A program made the position numbers and the translations under genes. A stretch of 64,000 nt of DNA from the human T2T-CHM13v2.0 reference genome, Homo sapiens. Within the stretch, counting starts at the first letter, position 1; each line of letters starts with the position of its first letter. The notes beneath the pieces were generated by a model. That model made no database searches. It was not told where the DNA came from and saw nothing but the letters and a program-made list of their open reading frames with translations. The stretch is taken from assembly GCF_009914755.1 (NCBI RefSeq), contig NC_060928.1; one strand, given 5' to 3'. Positions 1-13,232 of this stretch are shown here, piece by piece.

Positions 1-208
1 TACTCAGACATACCCTTCATCGTAATTTATCAGAACAGGACTCTCGGGAGGCTGCTAGTGAATTTGCATTTAATAGTCAGACTGCTAAGGGCCTTGGTGG
101 TGCCTTCACTGCATTTATCAGAACACAACAAAAGGATGCATTCAGAAGCAGATGGGTATTGACAGGCATGCGGGGCAAACCACAGCAGCGGGAGGAATCC
201 AACCGTAC

Positions 209-262
209 CATGCTGTCTGTAGATAGGGGGTTTCCTATAGATGTTATCTTTTACGCCAGTGT
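209..262 (-). CDS. ABLIM2: ABLIM2 exon, 54 bp: (D)TGVKDNIYRKPPIYRQH
   Basis: U-rich tract plus CAG (263-265), GTACGG donor. NIYRKPPIY is the abLIM/dematin motif. Phase 1 to 1. Confidence 0.96.
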
Positions 263-792
263 CTGGGGAAGAAGAAAGAAAAAAAAGGAGAGAACAGGAG
301 GGTAAGCAGCAAGTTGTGATGGTTTCTGTTCTACAGCTTTTTGTAAGCAACAAGCACTCACCCAGATTTAGAATCATCAGGCAGGAACTGGCACCCAGCG
401 AGCGACAGACACCCAGGCCCCAGATCAAGCCTCCCTGACTCCAGATGCCACCCTCATCTGCAGGAGATGGGGCAGCAGCCAGGAACCTTGTGGTCCCCCG
501 GGAAGTGTAGCCAGCTCAGACAGCCCTTTTCCTTCACCCCATTCCCAGGAGGACAGGTGTATCTCCCTGCCGTTTGTGGGAATTTGGAAGAAACTCAAAC
601 ACACATCGGTTTGGGGTTGTGAAAACCCGTCTGATGGTTTTAAAGAAATCTCAGTGCCTGGGGAGCAGTGGAGGAGCCTGGAGTGTCGTCTGGCGCCTGC
701 TGAGTCAAGGCAAGCTGACAGTTTGGGTGTGGCCAGTTTCGGTGTGGACAGTTTCAGTGTAAGGAGCCCAGCCAGCGTGTCCCGGAGCCTAC

Positions 793-894
793 CTGGGACG
801 TGGAAGTGGCGAGGTGCCTGCTGGTAGGTGGAGGGGGGCGGCTTGCTGTCAGAGAGCACGGAGAGGCTGGGGGTGCTCCGGCCACTTTCACTGC
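793..894 (-). CDS. ABLIM2: ABLIM2 exon, 102 bp: (G)SESGRSTPSLSVLSDSKPPPSTYQQAPRHFHVP
   Basis: Long pyrimidine tract, GAG acceptor (895-897), CAG|GTAGGC donor. Phase 1 to 1. APRHFHVP is a family motif. Confidence 0.93.
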
Positions 895-1436
895 CTCCAG
901 ACGGAAGGGCAAAGGCAGCAGATAGAAGGGGAAACGGGAAAGCAAAGTAGAATATTTCAAGCATGAAAAGCTTATTTGCAGCGAGCCCCATCTCTCCTGT
1001 CTGGTGGAGCAGCCCAGATCCCCTGCCCAGGGGAAGGAGTGTGGGCCTCATCCACGTTCCCAGACTGTGTCCAAGGACTTGCTAATCCAACCCTGAGTTG
1101 AAGTCTGTCCAGAGTCCCAAGGCAGAGGAGCGACATTGCTGAGGGCAGAGGGCTGGGCGGTGAACTAAGAACACCTTAGGGGGCTCACTCCATCTGCGCC
1201 TCTGCATCCTGGCTGGTGTTTGAATCCAACCAACTGCAAATTCGCCAAAACAAAGGCCCCTCTTCCTAATTATCCTTGTATATAAACATGCTGTTTTCCT
1301 TGAGAATCTAAAAATTAGCTGCTCAGAATAGGATTAAAGCACTAAAATGATCAAAATTGTCCTTTAAAAGCCATTGAGTAAAATTTTGCCAGCTGCAGAA
1401 GATAAGAAAAGAGTAGTATCCATCCATTACCACATT

Positions 1437-1747
1437 CTTTTTTTTTTTTTTTTTTTTTTTGGGACAGTGTCTCACTCTGTCACCCAGGCTGGAATGCAGT
1501 GGCACAATCACGGCTCTGCAGGGTGCAGACTCCACCTTCTGGGCTCAAGCCATCCTCCCACCTCGGCCTCCCAAGTTGCTGGGACCACAGGTGTGCACTA
1601 CCACGCCTGGCTAATTTTTTTAATTTTGTAAAGATGGGGTTTTGCCACGTTGCCCTGGCTGGTCTTGAACTCCTGGGCTCAAGCAATCTGCCCACCTCTA
1701 CCTCCCAAGGTGCTGGGATTACAGGCATGAGCCACCGCACCCTGGCC
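1437..1747 (-). mobile_element. Alu (AluJ-like)
   Basis: Poly-T followed by reverse Alu body; acattctt-like TSD. Confidence 0.92.
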
Positions 1748-3484
1748 ACATTCTTAAATACAACTGCTTTTTGGCAAATTAAATGGAAAGCATCCTCTGA
1801 CCCTGCTTCAATTGCTGAGCTCACCTGGAACTATAATTCTGTTTTGCGAACAAGGTTGGATTATCAAGTCACGCATCCAGAGGGCCGAGGTGACCTGGGT
1901 GACGCCCCTCCCCCCACACCTGTTTGGGGAATGAGGTGACAGACAGATGCAGGGTATTGAATGCTTGTGATGAGAGAAGGTGTACGCTCCCTGCAGAAGA
2001 CACTCCCAAGGCCCCGTTCCTCCCACCTGCCAGCCCCAGGAAGCCCCCTCAGCACTAGGCAATGGGCTGCAAGGGGTAAGGCGCTCTTCACCTGAGAACG
2101 TTCCCTCAAGCTGCACAGCCTTTCAGAGCAGCAGGACCCTGCGGTGACATCGAAATGAAACAGAAATAGAACTTCTGCGGTGGGTGAGTGATGTGCTGGG
2201 CCTGAAGGTGGACTGGCCAGGGACCCCACAGTGGACTCGTGAGGAGGGCTCGACAGACACTGGCCCAGAGGGGGCTCTTGCCTGGTGGTGGGCTGCATGC
2301 AGCGGGAGGTCACCTAGGAGCAGGGTGGCCCCAGCCAGGCTGATGCCGTAGAAAGGACTGCAGGCTCTAACTTTGAGCATTTTCTCGTGCTTGGGCATGG
2401 GTGCTGATTTTGCCTGTCAATGCTGATGGAGCGTCAGATAACTGCCCTTCCCTTAGCAACCTCCCTCCAGAACAGCATGGAACCTTCTAGAGCCTCAGTT
2501 GGCTCTACAGGTGCCCTTGCTGGCCGTGGCACCCTTGCTGGTCAGGTCACGCTCGTCAGGATGCTCCACGGTGGACTCCTGCACCTCCTGGTGGCAGCAG
2601 GGGCCTCACAGCAGGGAGACTGGACTCACGTGCCCGGAAAGGACACCGCGGATCCCTCCTACCGACTACGGCTGTGCTGGACCCATCCCCACTGGCAGCA
2701 AAACAGGGCAGGTTTTAAAAACTGCACCCACACGAACTCTGAACAGAGGAAGACGGTTTGCTTCAGGCACCATCTCTAAGCTGTGTGTGCTCTTGGCACA
2801 GCTCGTGGACCTGGGAGGCCAGGAAGGGCTGGTTTCTTCCTATCTGGAATCATGGCCCCTGATCTGCCTCAGCCCCCACTCAGTGGGCCGAGGATCTAAC
2901 ACATCACAGTGTACCTGTCCCTCCCCAGTTCCCAGCCACAGGGCAGCATCCCCTGAAGTTTCAAACCAGAGTCTGTGGACACATGTGCACGTCTATTTGA
3001 GGAGGGTCCGGAGACTCATCAGCTTTCATCAGATACTTGGAGGGGCCTGAGGCCGCAGGGAAGCTGGGGACACAGCCATGTTGGCCCACCTCATTCTGGC
3101 CCCCCAGGGCCCTCTAACACCAGCCCGAGTCCTGCCACCTCGGTCCCTCCCTCCCAGCACCCCGCCCCTTGACGAGTGTCCTCTCCAGGGCTTCCCACCT
3201 GTCCGGACCCTTCCTGGGTCCAGGTTCAGGCTCTGCCTCCTCTGCTCAGCCTTCTGGTAGGACTTGGTCTCTGAGGACCTCTCCCTCCTCTGCACTCATG
3301 CCTGCCTGCTGCCTGTGAGGCTTCGTTGGAACAAAATGCATCGCCAGCTCCCACCTGGAGCACTGTGCTGCTAGGCTCACATCCCAGGGGGCTTCTGATA
3401 TGCTACAGACGGGGATGCTTCAGCATCCTTTAACCTGGGATGCTGCCTGTTAGGAGAGGAGCAGCTTCAGCCCTTTCGAAAAGT

Positions 3485-3685
3485 CTTCCTTCTCCTCTTC
3501 TTCCTCCTCCACTTTTTCCTCTTCCTCCTCCTCCTCCTCTTCTTTTTCCTCTTCCTCCTCTGCCTCCTCTTCCTCTTTTTCCTTTCTCCTCCTCCTCTTC
3601 CTCCTTCACTTTTTCCTCTTTCTCCTCCTCCTCCTCCTTCTTCTCTACTTTTTCCTCTTCCTCCTCCCCCTCCTCTCCTCTTCCA
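3485..3685. repeat. CT-rich / (TCC)n low-complexity polypyrimidine tract
   Basis: About 200 bp of almost only C and T; source of the poly-E/P ORFs. Confidence 0.92.
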
Positions 3686-3759
3686 TTTTTAAAAATTTCA
3701 GTAAATGTTTCATTAGGAACAGCTTCAGGTAGTCCAGGGGGCTCCCGCACCCTCCCGGC

Positions 3760-4440
3760 CCGCGTCCCTGCCGTCCCCTCTCCCATCACTAGGGTGCCCA
3801 CAGATTGGTGCCACCTGCACGCCGCACGGGATTCGGGTTTCCCCGGGTGTCACCTGATGTTCTTCCGCTCCAGGATCCCACCCAGGAAACATGACGTTCT
3901 GTCGGCACGTCTCCCAAGGCTCCTCTCGGCTGCGACCTTTTGCAGACGTTCCTTGTGTCTGAGGACTCTGGCAGTTTTGAGGAGGGCTGCTGAGGGTTTT
4001 TGCCTGATGTTTTCTCATGGCGATACTGGGCTTATGGGGTTGAGAAGGAAGCCCATGAGGTGAAGTGTCCTCACCACATCCTATCAAGGGCACCTGCTGT
4101 CAGCAGAGCGGATCACTGGCCGTGGCGGCCTTGCTGACCGGGTCATGCTCGTCAGCCATGGTGGCCTGCTCCACGGTGGACTTGCTCCTTCTCTCCCCTC
4201 CCACATGGCGCTCTCGGGAAGGAGCCACTCTGTGTAGCCCACACTTGTCCACATGTCAGGAGTGGGAGTTACGACCCCCTCCTGGAGGACGAGGCATCTA
4301 CTCCCGTTATTTGGAATTCCTCTGTGTGGGAGATCTCGCTTTCTCTCCATTTATTTGTTTACTCAACATTTATGTAGATCCTTGTGGACTGACGGCTCTT
4401 GCTATTATACTCTAGTTTACAATCCAATGACACATCCTTC
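3760..4440 (-). mobile_element. Old L1 (L1M-type) 3' remnant
   Basis: Degenerate resemblance to reverse L1MC/MD 3'UTR (ctatttggaattcttctg..., catttatttattcaa... like). Confidence 0.45.
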
Positions 4441-5518
4441 ATCGTGGTGCTCCCAGTGGCCCAGTGTGTGCCTGGTGCTGGCTCAGCTGGCTCCTGTGGA
4501 GCCTCCTCCAGGTGACACCGCAGAGAGGCCAGCTGGTGGCCACGGGCAGGCCAGGTAGGATGATGCCCATGCTGCAATGCACAGCCACATCCTGGGTCCT
4601 CAACCACAATCACCCTGAGGACGATGCTTCAGTTATGAGGACCTTTTGCAGCTGAAGGAATGGCCGCTCAGCAAGATGAAGAGGCGCTGCCGGGGTCTGG
4701 GCAGTGGAGGGTGCGGGCCTGGACCTGAGGCTCCATCCCAGGGCCCCTCCCTCCTTCCTTCTCAGGCCAGGGGTTCAGAGTGGGCCCACCGCTCAGCACA
4801 TGGAGGCTGCCTGGCCAGAGGCTTCAGCAGCACCGACTCCCCTCCCAGCCTGCACTTCCTGCCCCCGCTGTCGGCTCCTCCACAGGGGACACGCCAAACT
4901 GAAATTCACACAAAAGTGCCCATGGCTGTGGCCAGCACCACTCTGGAAGCTGGGTCTTGGTGGGAAGGTGTGCCGGGGGTGAGGCCCTGCCAGCATTCGG
5001 TGGGGGGTGGGGCCAGGCCTTGCCTCGGGGAGCCGCCCCTGTACAGTGCCGTCCGGAGGGAAATGTCCACTGAGAGGGGCCAGAGACGCCAGAGGAGCCC
5101 GTGGAGCAAACAGGAAGGGCTTTCCCAGAGGGCAGGCGACGCTGCCTGGTGTCCAGCTGACCCCTGGGGGCTGCCACCAAGAGGTCCTAGGCTGGGACAC
5201 ACTGGAGCCCATGGCTGCAGAGGAGGACAGGCACCTTCGTGTGGCCTCCGAGGTCGACCCAGGACCTGAGGGTGAACACAATTTGTGAACGGGACCCCGG
5301 GTAGAAGCCTGACCTTGGGCTCTGCCAGAAGGAGCTTTGGGATCTTGGCCAGTGGCTTCTCTTCTGAGCCTCAGTTCCCTCAGGAGTACATTCTGGAAAG
5401 AGGCTGGGTGTTCCCAAGGTTACGGACAGCCAGGGGAGTCTAGTAGGGGCAGAGCATGGGTGCCAGGCTCCCCCACACCAGACACCAGAGAGGTGGCCAG
5501 GTGGCTTTGTGTGATTTC

Positions 5519-5818
<300 letters not shown>

Positions 5819-6596
5819 TCATGTGATTTCTGAACGAAGGGCACTGGCAGGCAATGTGGCCGGGGGAACCAGGGCAGAGATGGGCATCAAAGAGGCAAAA
5901 ACCTGGCCCCACCCAGGGGAGGTCTCAAAGGGAAGGTGCCTCCTGGCCCCGGGAGATGCCCTTGGAGGGGCTGTGGCATAGACGGCTTCGGAGCCACATT
6001 GTGGTGGGGGGTGGTGGGTAGGTGGGTAGCCTCCAAACTGGTGGTGGGTAGGTGGGCACCCTCCTCTGCTACAAGGCGTGGAAGGAAGGGGAGAGGGCTG
6101 CCAGTCCTTGGGCTCTCTCCTTGGCTGTCTCGGGAGCTGAGGAGGGGGCTGCTCCCCAGGGGGCCTGTCCTGGGCCTTCTTCACCCTGAAGTGGTAAGAA
6201 TTAGACGGTGGACACTCAGGACGGGGCAGAGGAGGGGAGGGTCGCCAGGGCTGGCTCTGGCTCTAGGACCCACAGAGGCTGCTCACAGGGGCTGCCTGGG
6301 GAGCGGGGTGAGCCTGCCCTCGGCTCTGGCCACTTCCCTCTCAGGGACTCACAGTTGGGACAGCCACACCAGAAGGAGGGCTGAAGGTGGGAGGAGAGCC
6401 GGGTGTCCAGGGCCTCCTGGCATGGAGCAACAGGAGAAGCGGCATCTCCTTGGGTGCCCTGCCGTGACTCACCCAAATGGTTGATTCACTCTGGGTTTCA
6501 GGACCGCCCCCTGCCACACGACTGCCGTGGACCACACGCAGCAAAGCCCCTGCTGGCCATGCTTCTGTTCTGGGGAGGGGCCCTTTCTGGCTTTGC

Positions 6597-6890
6597 TTGT
6601 TTGTTTGTTGTTGTCTGAGACAGGGTCTTACTCTGTTGTCCAGGCTGGAGTGCAGTGGCACAATCGTAGCTCACTGCAGCTTCAAACTGCCGGCCGAAGC
6701 AATCCTCCTGCCTCAGCCTTCCGAGGAGTTGGGATTACAGGCATGCACCACCATGCCCGGCGTTTTTCTTTTTTCAGACAAAGGGTCTCACCAGGTTTCC
6801 CAGGCTGGTCTTAAACTCTTGGCCTCAAGTGATTCTCCTGCTTGGGCCTCCCAAAGCAGTGGGATTACAGGTATGAGCCATTGCACCCAG
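6597..6890 (-). mobile_element. Alu (AluJ-like, internally deleted), (TTTG)n tail
   Basis: gagacagggtcttactctgttgtccaggctggagtgcagtgg ... gggattacaggtatgagcca. Confidence 0.88.
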
Positions 6891-7259
6891 GTGAAGACTT
6901 TGCTTCTTCTCAAAGGAGTCAGATCATCCCAAAGCTGTAGGGACAGGCCCTCAGAAAAATGAGGACGGCCATGTCCATCAATGGCCAGGAACTCTCAGTA
7001 GGCCACGGGGCCCGCCCAAAGCAATGATGATGAGGTACACGGAGAGGTGTGCAGGTCTGAATGAACCCTGTTTGGTGACCATCCAGTGATGGAGAGTCCA
7101 GCTGCCTGCCCCACCTTCTCGCTGCCTGCGGCCTGGGAGGCTTTTCCAGAGACATTCCCACTCAGCAGCTGCTCAGGATGGGGAATTATTGCATTGCTTG
7201 GGGAATTGGCAAGAACATCATTGCTGCCTCCTCTAATGTTCTGAGTGTCTTTCTGTGGT

Positions 7260-7757
7260 GCACCAGTCAGCTGGGCTGTGTCACAAAATACCACAGCCTG
7301 TGTGGCTTAAACAACAGGCATATTTCCTCTCACAGTGCTGGAGGCTGCACATCTCTGAGCCAGGTCTGGCAGGGTGTGGCTTCTCCTGAGACTGTTTTTC
7401 CTGGCTTGCAGACATCGCTGTGTCTGCAGTGGCCTTTTACCTGAGTGTGTGTGTCTGCAGTGGCCTTTTACCTGAGTGTGTGTGTCTGCAGTGGCCTTTT
7501 ACCTGAGTGTGTGTGTCTGCAGTGGCCTTTTATCTGAGTGTGTGTCTGCAGTGGCCTTTTACCTGAGTGTGTGTGGAGAGGGAGCGAGCTTTGGCGTCTC
7601 TTCTCTTCTTATAAAGATGTCAGTACTATGGGATCTGTGCCCACCCTGAGGACCTCATCTAACTGATCACCTCTTTAAAGGCCCCCTCTACAGATACAGT
7701 CACGTCAGGAATTAGGGCTCTATGAATGTGGGGGATGCATTTTTCAGTCCACAGCAT
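7260..7757. mobile_element. MaLR (MLT1-like) LTR
   Basis: acaaaataccacagcctgtgtggcttaaacaacag ... tcttataa ... cacctctttaaaggcccc ... cagtccacagca. Confidence 0.75.
7419..7575. repeat. 31-bp minisatellite x5 inside the MLT1 LTR
   Basis: Unit gtgtctgcagtggccttttacctgagtgtgt; ctgcagtgg at 7424, 7455, 7486, 7517, 7546. Confidence 0.93.
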
Positions 7758-8318
7758 ACAGGAAAACATGAGCGTGGCCGTTTCCCTGCGTGACCTGCAT
7801 GTGGGTGCCCGTGCAGGGATGTGGATGGCTCATCCACTCCTGGAAGAGCCGAGAGTTGGAGCCACACTGGGTGTGAACCCTGCCCTGGGCCCCAGGAGCT
7901 CTGGGGCTGTGGAAGAGTCAGGGCCCTCCGTACAGCGTAGCTTCTGCTCCTGAACACAAACCCTGAGAGCACCTGTGCCCCCCGGCTGACACATGAAATC
8001 AGAGGTGGTGACTTGGGTAGGGGTTCTGAGGACAAAGCCTGTGGGCGGGTGTGCAGGAACCCGGGTCCCCTCTTCCTGTAGCTTTCCAAGCCCTCTCTCC
8101 CTTCTGTTCCTTTATGTAACAAGGTACCTAAGTTTTCCTTCCAGGAACATTTGCTCATGGACACACGGAGCCAGACACACAAGACACACACAGAGAGGGG
8201 CACAGGGCATGAAACAGGGGCTCCGGTGAAGCCATGCGGCAGACATGGACAGCGAGCACACAGACGCCGGGCGTGGACACCCATGAGCACCCACAGCCCA
8301 CATCACTGCGTGCCTTAC

Positions 8319-8417
8319 CTCGGAAGTAGGGGATGTAATGATGTCTGAACACGGATGTAGGGCTTGGGTGTTGGGACAGGGAGAGGCAGCTACTGGTACC
8401 CACACTCACAGTACCAG
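8319..8417 (-). CDS. ABLIM2: ABLIM2 99-bp cassette-type exon: (A)GTVSVGTSSCLSLSQHPSPTSVFRHHYIPYFR
   Basis: CTCTGAC branch, pyrimidine tract, TAG acceptor (8418-8420), GAG|GTAAGG donor. Symmetric phase 1 to 1, open frame. Confidence 0.88.
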
Positions 8418-8924
8418 CTACGGGGTAACAGAGAGCAAGTCAGAGTCAACCTGGGCTGGCTGGTGCAACGCCACACATATTCCTCATCCCCACTCTGCTA
8501 CGAACACTGTTGCTTCCTCTCTTGAGGAATGCACAACTTTTTGCACCTGAAGGTGGTCACCAAACATGCTTTAGACCACTCTCCTCCAGGAGCGAGGAAA
8601 CCGGACCTCAGAGGACCAGGCAGAGGCCCAGGGTGCTGCATAGGAGCCTTGGGCTGGGGTTCCCCAGGGGGGGTTAGGCCCCTAGCCAGGCCTGTCGCTT
8701 AGCATTTGGGGTCTCCTGGGGATCAAGGACTCAGCTGGAGAGCAGTTCAGGGAGTGGTCTGCCACCAGACATCGTCACCGGACTCGTCCGGCGAGATGCA
8801 AGCTTGGCTCTTGGGTTAGCCTGGGCCAAGCGCAGTCAACAAGCCCAGGCTGTCCTTGTGCTATGGGGATTGAGCCAGCAAAGGGCCCTTAGGACGAGGA
8901 GCTCAATAAAGTTGACTGCCCTTA

Positions 8925-9350
8925 GCTCACCTGCTCACCTGCTCACTCACTCACTCATTTATTCACTCATTCACTCACTCACTCACTCATTCATTCACTC
9001 ACTTACTTGCTCACTCAATCACTCATTCACTCACTCTCTCATTCCCTTATTTGCTCATTCATTCAATCACTCATTTACTCGCTGACTCATTCATTAATTC
9101 ATTCACTCACCAATTCACTCATTCACTTGCTCACTCACTCATTCAATCACTCATTCACTCACTCACTCATTCCCTTACTTGCTCACTCATTCAATCACTC
9201 ATTCACTCACTGACCCATTCACTTGTTCACTCACTCATTCATTCACTTGGTCACGCATTCCTTCACTCACTAATTCAGTCATTCATGCACTCACTCACTC
9301 ATTCACTCATTCACTCTCTCATTCACTCATGCACTCACTCCTTTACCCAC
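8925..9350. repeat. Degenerate (TCAC/TCAT)n array, probably expanded from an L2 tail
   Basis: Tetramer array followed by tcaacatttattgagc (L2 3'-end-like). Confidence 0.9.
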
Positions 9351-10215
9351 TTTCTCAACATTTATTGAGCAGAATGTACCAGGCACATTGCAAGGAGTCA
9401 ATGGAAATAACTTTGCAAATGAATGAGTTTTGATTTTTCCACAAAGGCTGCAAAAATAAGAGCCATAGTCCATGGATGTATAAATGGAGGCATGCAGCAG
9501 CTGGCCAGGAAGGAAGCAGCTTGGAAAAATCCCTCGAAAGGCAGTGTCCGTGTGGAGCGTCCCTGCTGTGGCTTTGACACGCTCAGGGGGTCGAGGAGTT
9601 TCACAGCTACAGGGATTGATACACAGCTGGGCGCCAGGCAGGGGACAAGGTGACACGTGTGGAAAGGACCTGTCTCGGGGCTCTCTCCTGACTGGCGGGG
9701 ACCTCTCACCCATTCTCCCGTGAGGACAGCTGTCACTGGGTGATCAACCTAGCCACAGGTGAAATGTTAATGGGCTTCATTTTTCCACCACTGACTTTGC
9801 TTTCCCAGCTCACATCTTCCGAGACCCACATGAGCTTGCAGCCGGCCAACGTCTGCTCTCCTGACACATATGCTGTCTTATCTTCCTGACGTCTCTTGCC
9901 ACCCAATCATTAGCTGGAATCTAAGCGCTCAGCGTGTGCCCCCTAGGCTGTGTGCTCCACGGAGGGCTCCGCTAACCAGCAGGGCAGCCTCTGCAGCTCA
10001 CCTCGCCCCAAGGCATGAGGAGGTCCTTTTCTTTATGCCACTAAATGAACAGGTTCTCAGCCACCCACCCGCTGGCAATCCCACCCATTTCCATCATATT
10101 TCCAGTTGTATAAGAAAAATGCCACTTATAACCGAAAAAAAAAACTAAAAAAAAAAAAAAAAAAAAGGAAAAGGACAGCATCCTGGGGGCTCAGAGGAAC
10201 CAGGGGGCCAAGTAC

Positions 10216-10336
10216 CTGGACGGCTGTAGTGCTGTGGTGACCGTGAGGTCGGAGTGTAGCGCCCGAGGCTAACCGACCCAGTGGAGCTTGGGCTGGAGGT
10301 CCGGCACTGCTTGTAGGACCGGTCATCCTGATCCCC
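10216..10336 (-). CDS. ABLIM2: ABLIM2 exon, 121 bp: GDQDDRSYKQCRTSSPSSTGSVSLGRYTPTSRSPQHYSRP
   Basis: cttccctcccag acceptor, CAG|GTACTT donor. Phase 0 to 1. Confidence 0.95.
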
Positions 10337-12219
10337 CTGGGAGGGAAGATGCAGCTTGTGAACACTGGAGCCGGGAGCACTTCCCACCCCTTGTCCACCC
10401 ATCCCCCGACACCATTTGGTGTTTGCCCTCCTGACCCAAGTGGATGACTCAACATGGCCCCATGTGGGAATCTCCTGCACCTGTCAGGGCAGGTCTGAAG
10501 AGCCGAGTGGGGCTGGTGTGGTGCAGACACACTCCCCGCTGTGCCTGCTGGATCCTTGCCACAGGGTGTGGTACAGGGACCCACTGGCGGGGATCCCCCA
10601 TCTTCCCCTCCTGCCGGTGGGGGCTCCAGCTTCATCCTCCAGGTCTCCTCCTGCCTGACCCTCGCCAGCGCCCAGCTCTTAGAACACAGTGTGAGAACCA
10701 CGGAGACTCCCCCAGTCCCTATGGGGGTTTCTCACGTGTGAACTGGGGGCTCTAACGGCCCTGGAGGCACATTTGGAGGTAGAAAGTTACTCCACCCCAG
10801 GCCGGGAAGCCCAGTTGAGTCAGACCCACAAGCACCGACATGGCAGACTTCATCCAAGCAGGAGCAGCTGTTTGCAGCAGGCAGAGTGGGAGGCAGGTGG
10901 TGTGGGGTGGCGTGGCACCATGGCACGGGGGAGAGCAGGCTGCCTGGCCCACCACAGCTTGGCATGCTGTCCCGGGTCATTACATGGCCCAGCCCAGTGT
11001 CCTGCTGCAGGGTGGAGGTTGCAGTTTTGCCCTCAAGGCCAGCACAGTGATGAGCAAAGGAATTCCCGGTCTGGGCCCATGGCTCCCCTGGCCTGTCAGA
11101 GCACGTCTCCCACCCCGAGGTGTGCTGTCCCTAACGCCTGCCTGGTGCGCCACCTCCATGCGCTCAGGCCAGCCCTCATGCTAGGTTCCTACCTGCGCTT
11201 CACCCTGCTCCCTTTGGCGACTGTCTAACCCCAGCCCGGGGCGCACTCTCTCGGGCCGGCTAGTGCCCTGCCTCTCTACCCCGGGCGTCCTCTGCACAGC
11301 CCTGTCCACCTTACAGGTGTCCTGGCTCCTTGTTCAGCTTGGACTCAGGGCTTCCAGCTACATGTGGGTTTGGCAGCTCGGTGCAAGTGGCCCCTTGTGT
11401 GTTTGGCCGTCACATCGTTGGATCCAAGAGTTTGATGCCCAGCTGCTGCTGGCTCTGCAGGTGGGCCATGTTCTTCCAGCAGAACAGCACCACCAAGGCC
11501 CACACTTGCCCTGTTCCTCTACCATCCCCCAGCACTGTGTCTATGGGGACAGGCTAAGGAGCCAAGCGGAGAAGCCACGGAAGGGGCTCTGCAGAAGATT
11601 CCGGTTCTCCAAAGCTGTCAGGACCTGGGGAGGGCCTCAGCCTCGGACCACTCCTAAGGGCTGGACTGGGAATCCTGGCTGTGTGCAGGGAAGGAAGGAA
11701 GCAGGCAAGTCCCAGTAAGGTTGGCCGAGGTCCTGTGACCACCTCTGGACCAGAAGCCTGCAGGCTGTGCATGGCTGTGCACCCTCCCACTGAGCAAGTG
11801 TGCATGATTTTGTGCCCCACTCTGGGGTACAGCCTGAGACAGGGGCCTCTGCAGGGAGACCAGGCTCTTCCCAGGAGTGTGCTCTGTGTCAGGCAGACCT
11901 CATCTGGAAGGGAAGCTGACATCCCTCCCTCAGGGGTTCCCTGTGCAGGTAAATGAGGAGATGAAAAGATGCCCGGCCCCAGGCCTGGGACATCAAAAGT
12001 CACCGGTACATAGGAATCACTGCTCTAGGGATACAGCACCCAGGTACCATGGCCGTCACAGCTCCCATGGGGCAGGTTGTCTGGAGCAGGAGGCTGGAGA
12101 TCCCAGTGGGTGAGCATAGGCTCTGAGCCGACCGCTGGGCTGAAATCCTCCCGCACCTCATAGTGCGTGACCCTGGAAAGGTTATGTGACTTCCCTGTGC
12201 CTCAGTTTCTCTGCGGTAA

Positions 12220-12734
<515 letters not shown>

Positions 12735-13199
12735 TGATTAATTTTGAGAAACAGAAAAAAAAAAAAAACTAGACCACTAACAGTAAAAGCTCTTTTGTAG
12801 AGAGACACGTCCAGTGTTTCTCCACGAGGACTGGGTGCTTCCACACAACCCACGTGGAGGGGCAGGAGGCAGGAAGCGCTCCCAGGCTCAGCCAGGATCC
12901 TGAATTTTCCCCTAAAGGAAGCCACGGCCCAGACCACGATCTGCTCAGGGTAGACCCGCGTCCCAGGCGGCCACATCCGCAGGGCTGGCAGACATATCGG
13001 GGAGGCATGCAAGTGCGGGGTGATCATAAAAATAACCAGCAGCCAGGAGGGTGCCCCATGTCACAAGGGCCGTGGCCCCGGGCCCCATGGTGAAGAGCCA
13101 CCGAGGAGGCCCTTCCCGGGAGTGCGGCTGGGTGGTTATGTTTATAACCCAGGCAGCAGCGCCACGGCAAGCGGGGACAGGCGAGAGGGTGGTGGTTAC

Positions 13200-13232
13200 C
13201 TCGGTCGGCGTTGGCGAGAGCAACTGAGGGGA
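13200..13232 (-). CDS. ABLIM2: ABLIM2 33-nt mini-exon, probably alternative: SPQLLSPTPTE
   Basis: Branch-like CACTAAT, then ttgtgtgttgtgtccacag acceptor, then GAG|GTAACC donor. 33 nt, phase 0 to 0, no stop, CpG-retaining compared with the flanks. Confidence 0.8.

Noticed and set aside
425-1051. 208-aa ORF as a standalone gene
   Set aside because: Only 793-894 is exonic; the rest is intron read-through.
3430-4063. Poly-Glu and poly-Pro/Ser ORFs
   Set aside because: Products of the CT-rich low-complexity tract.
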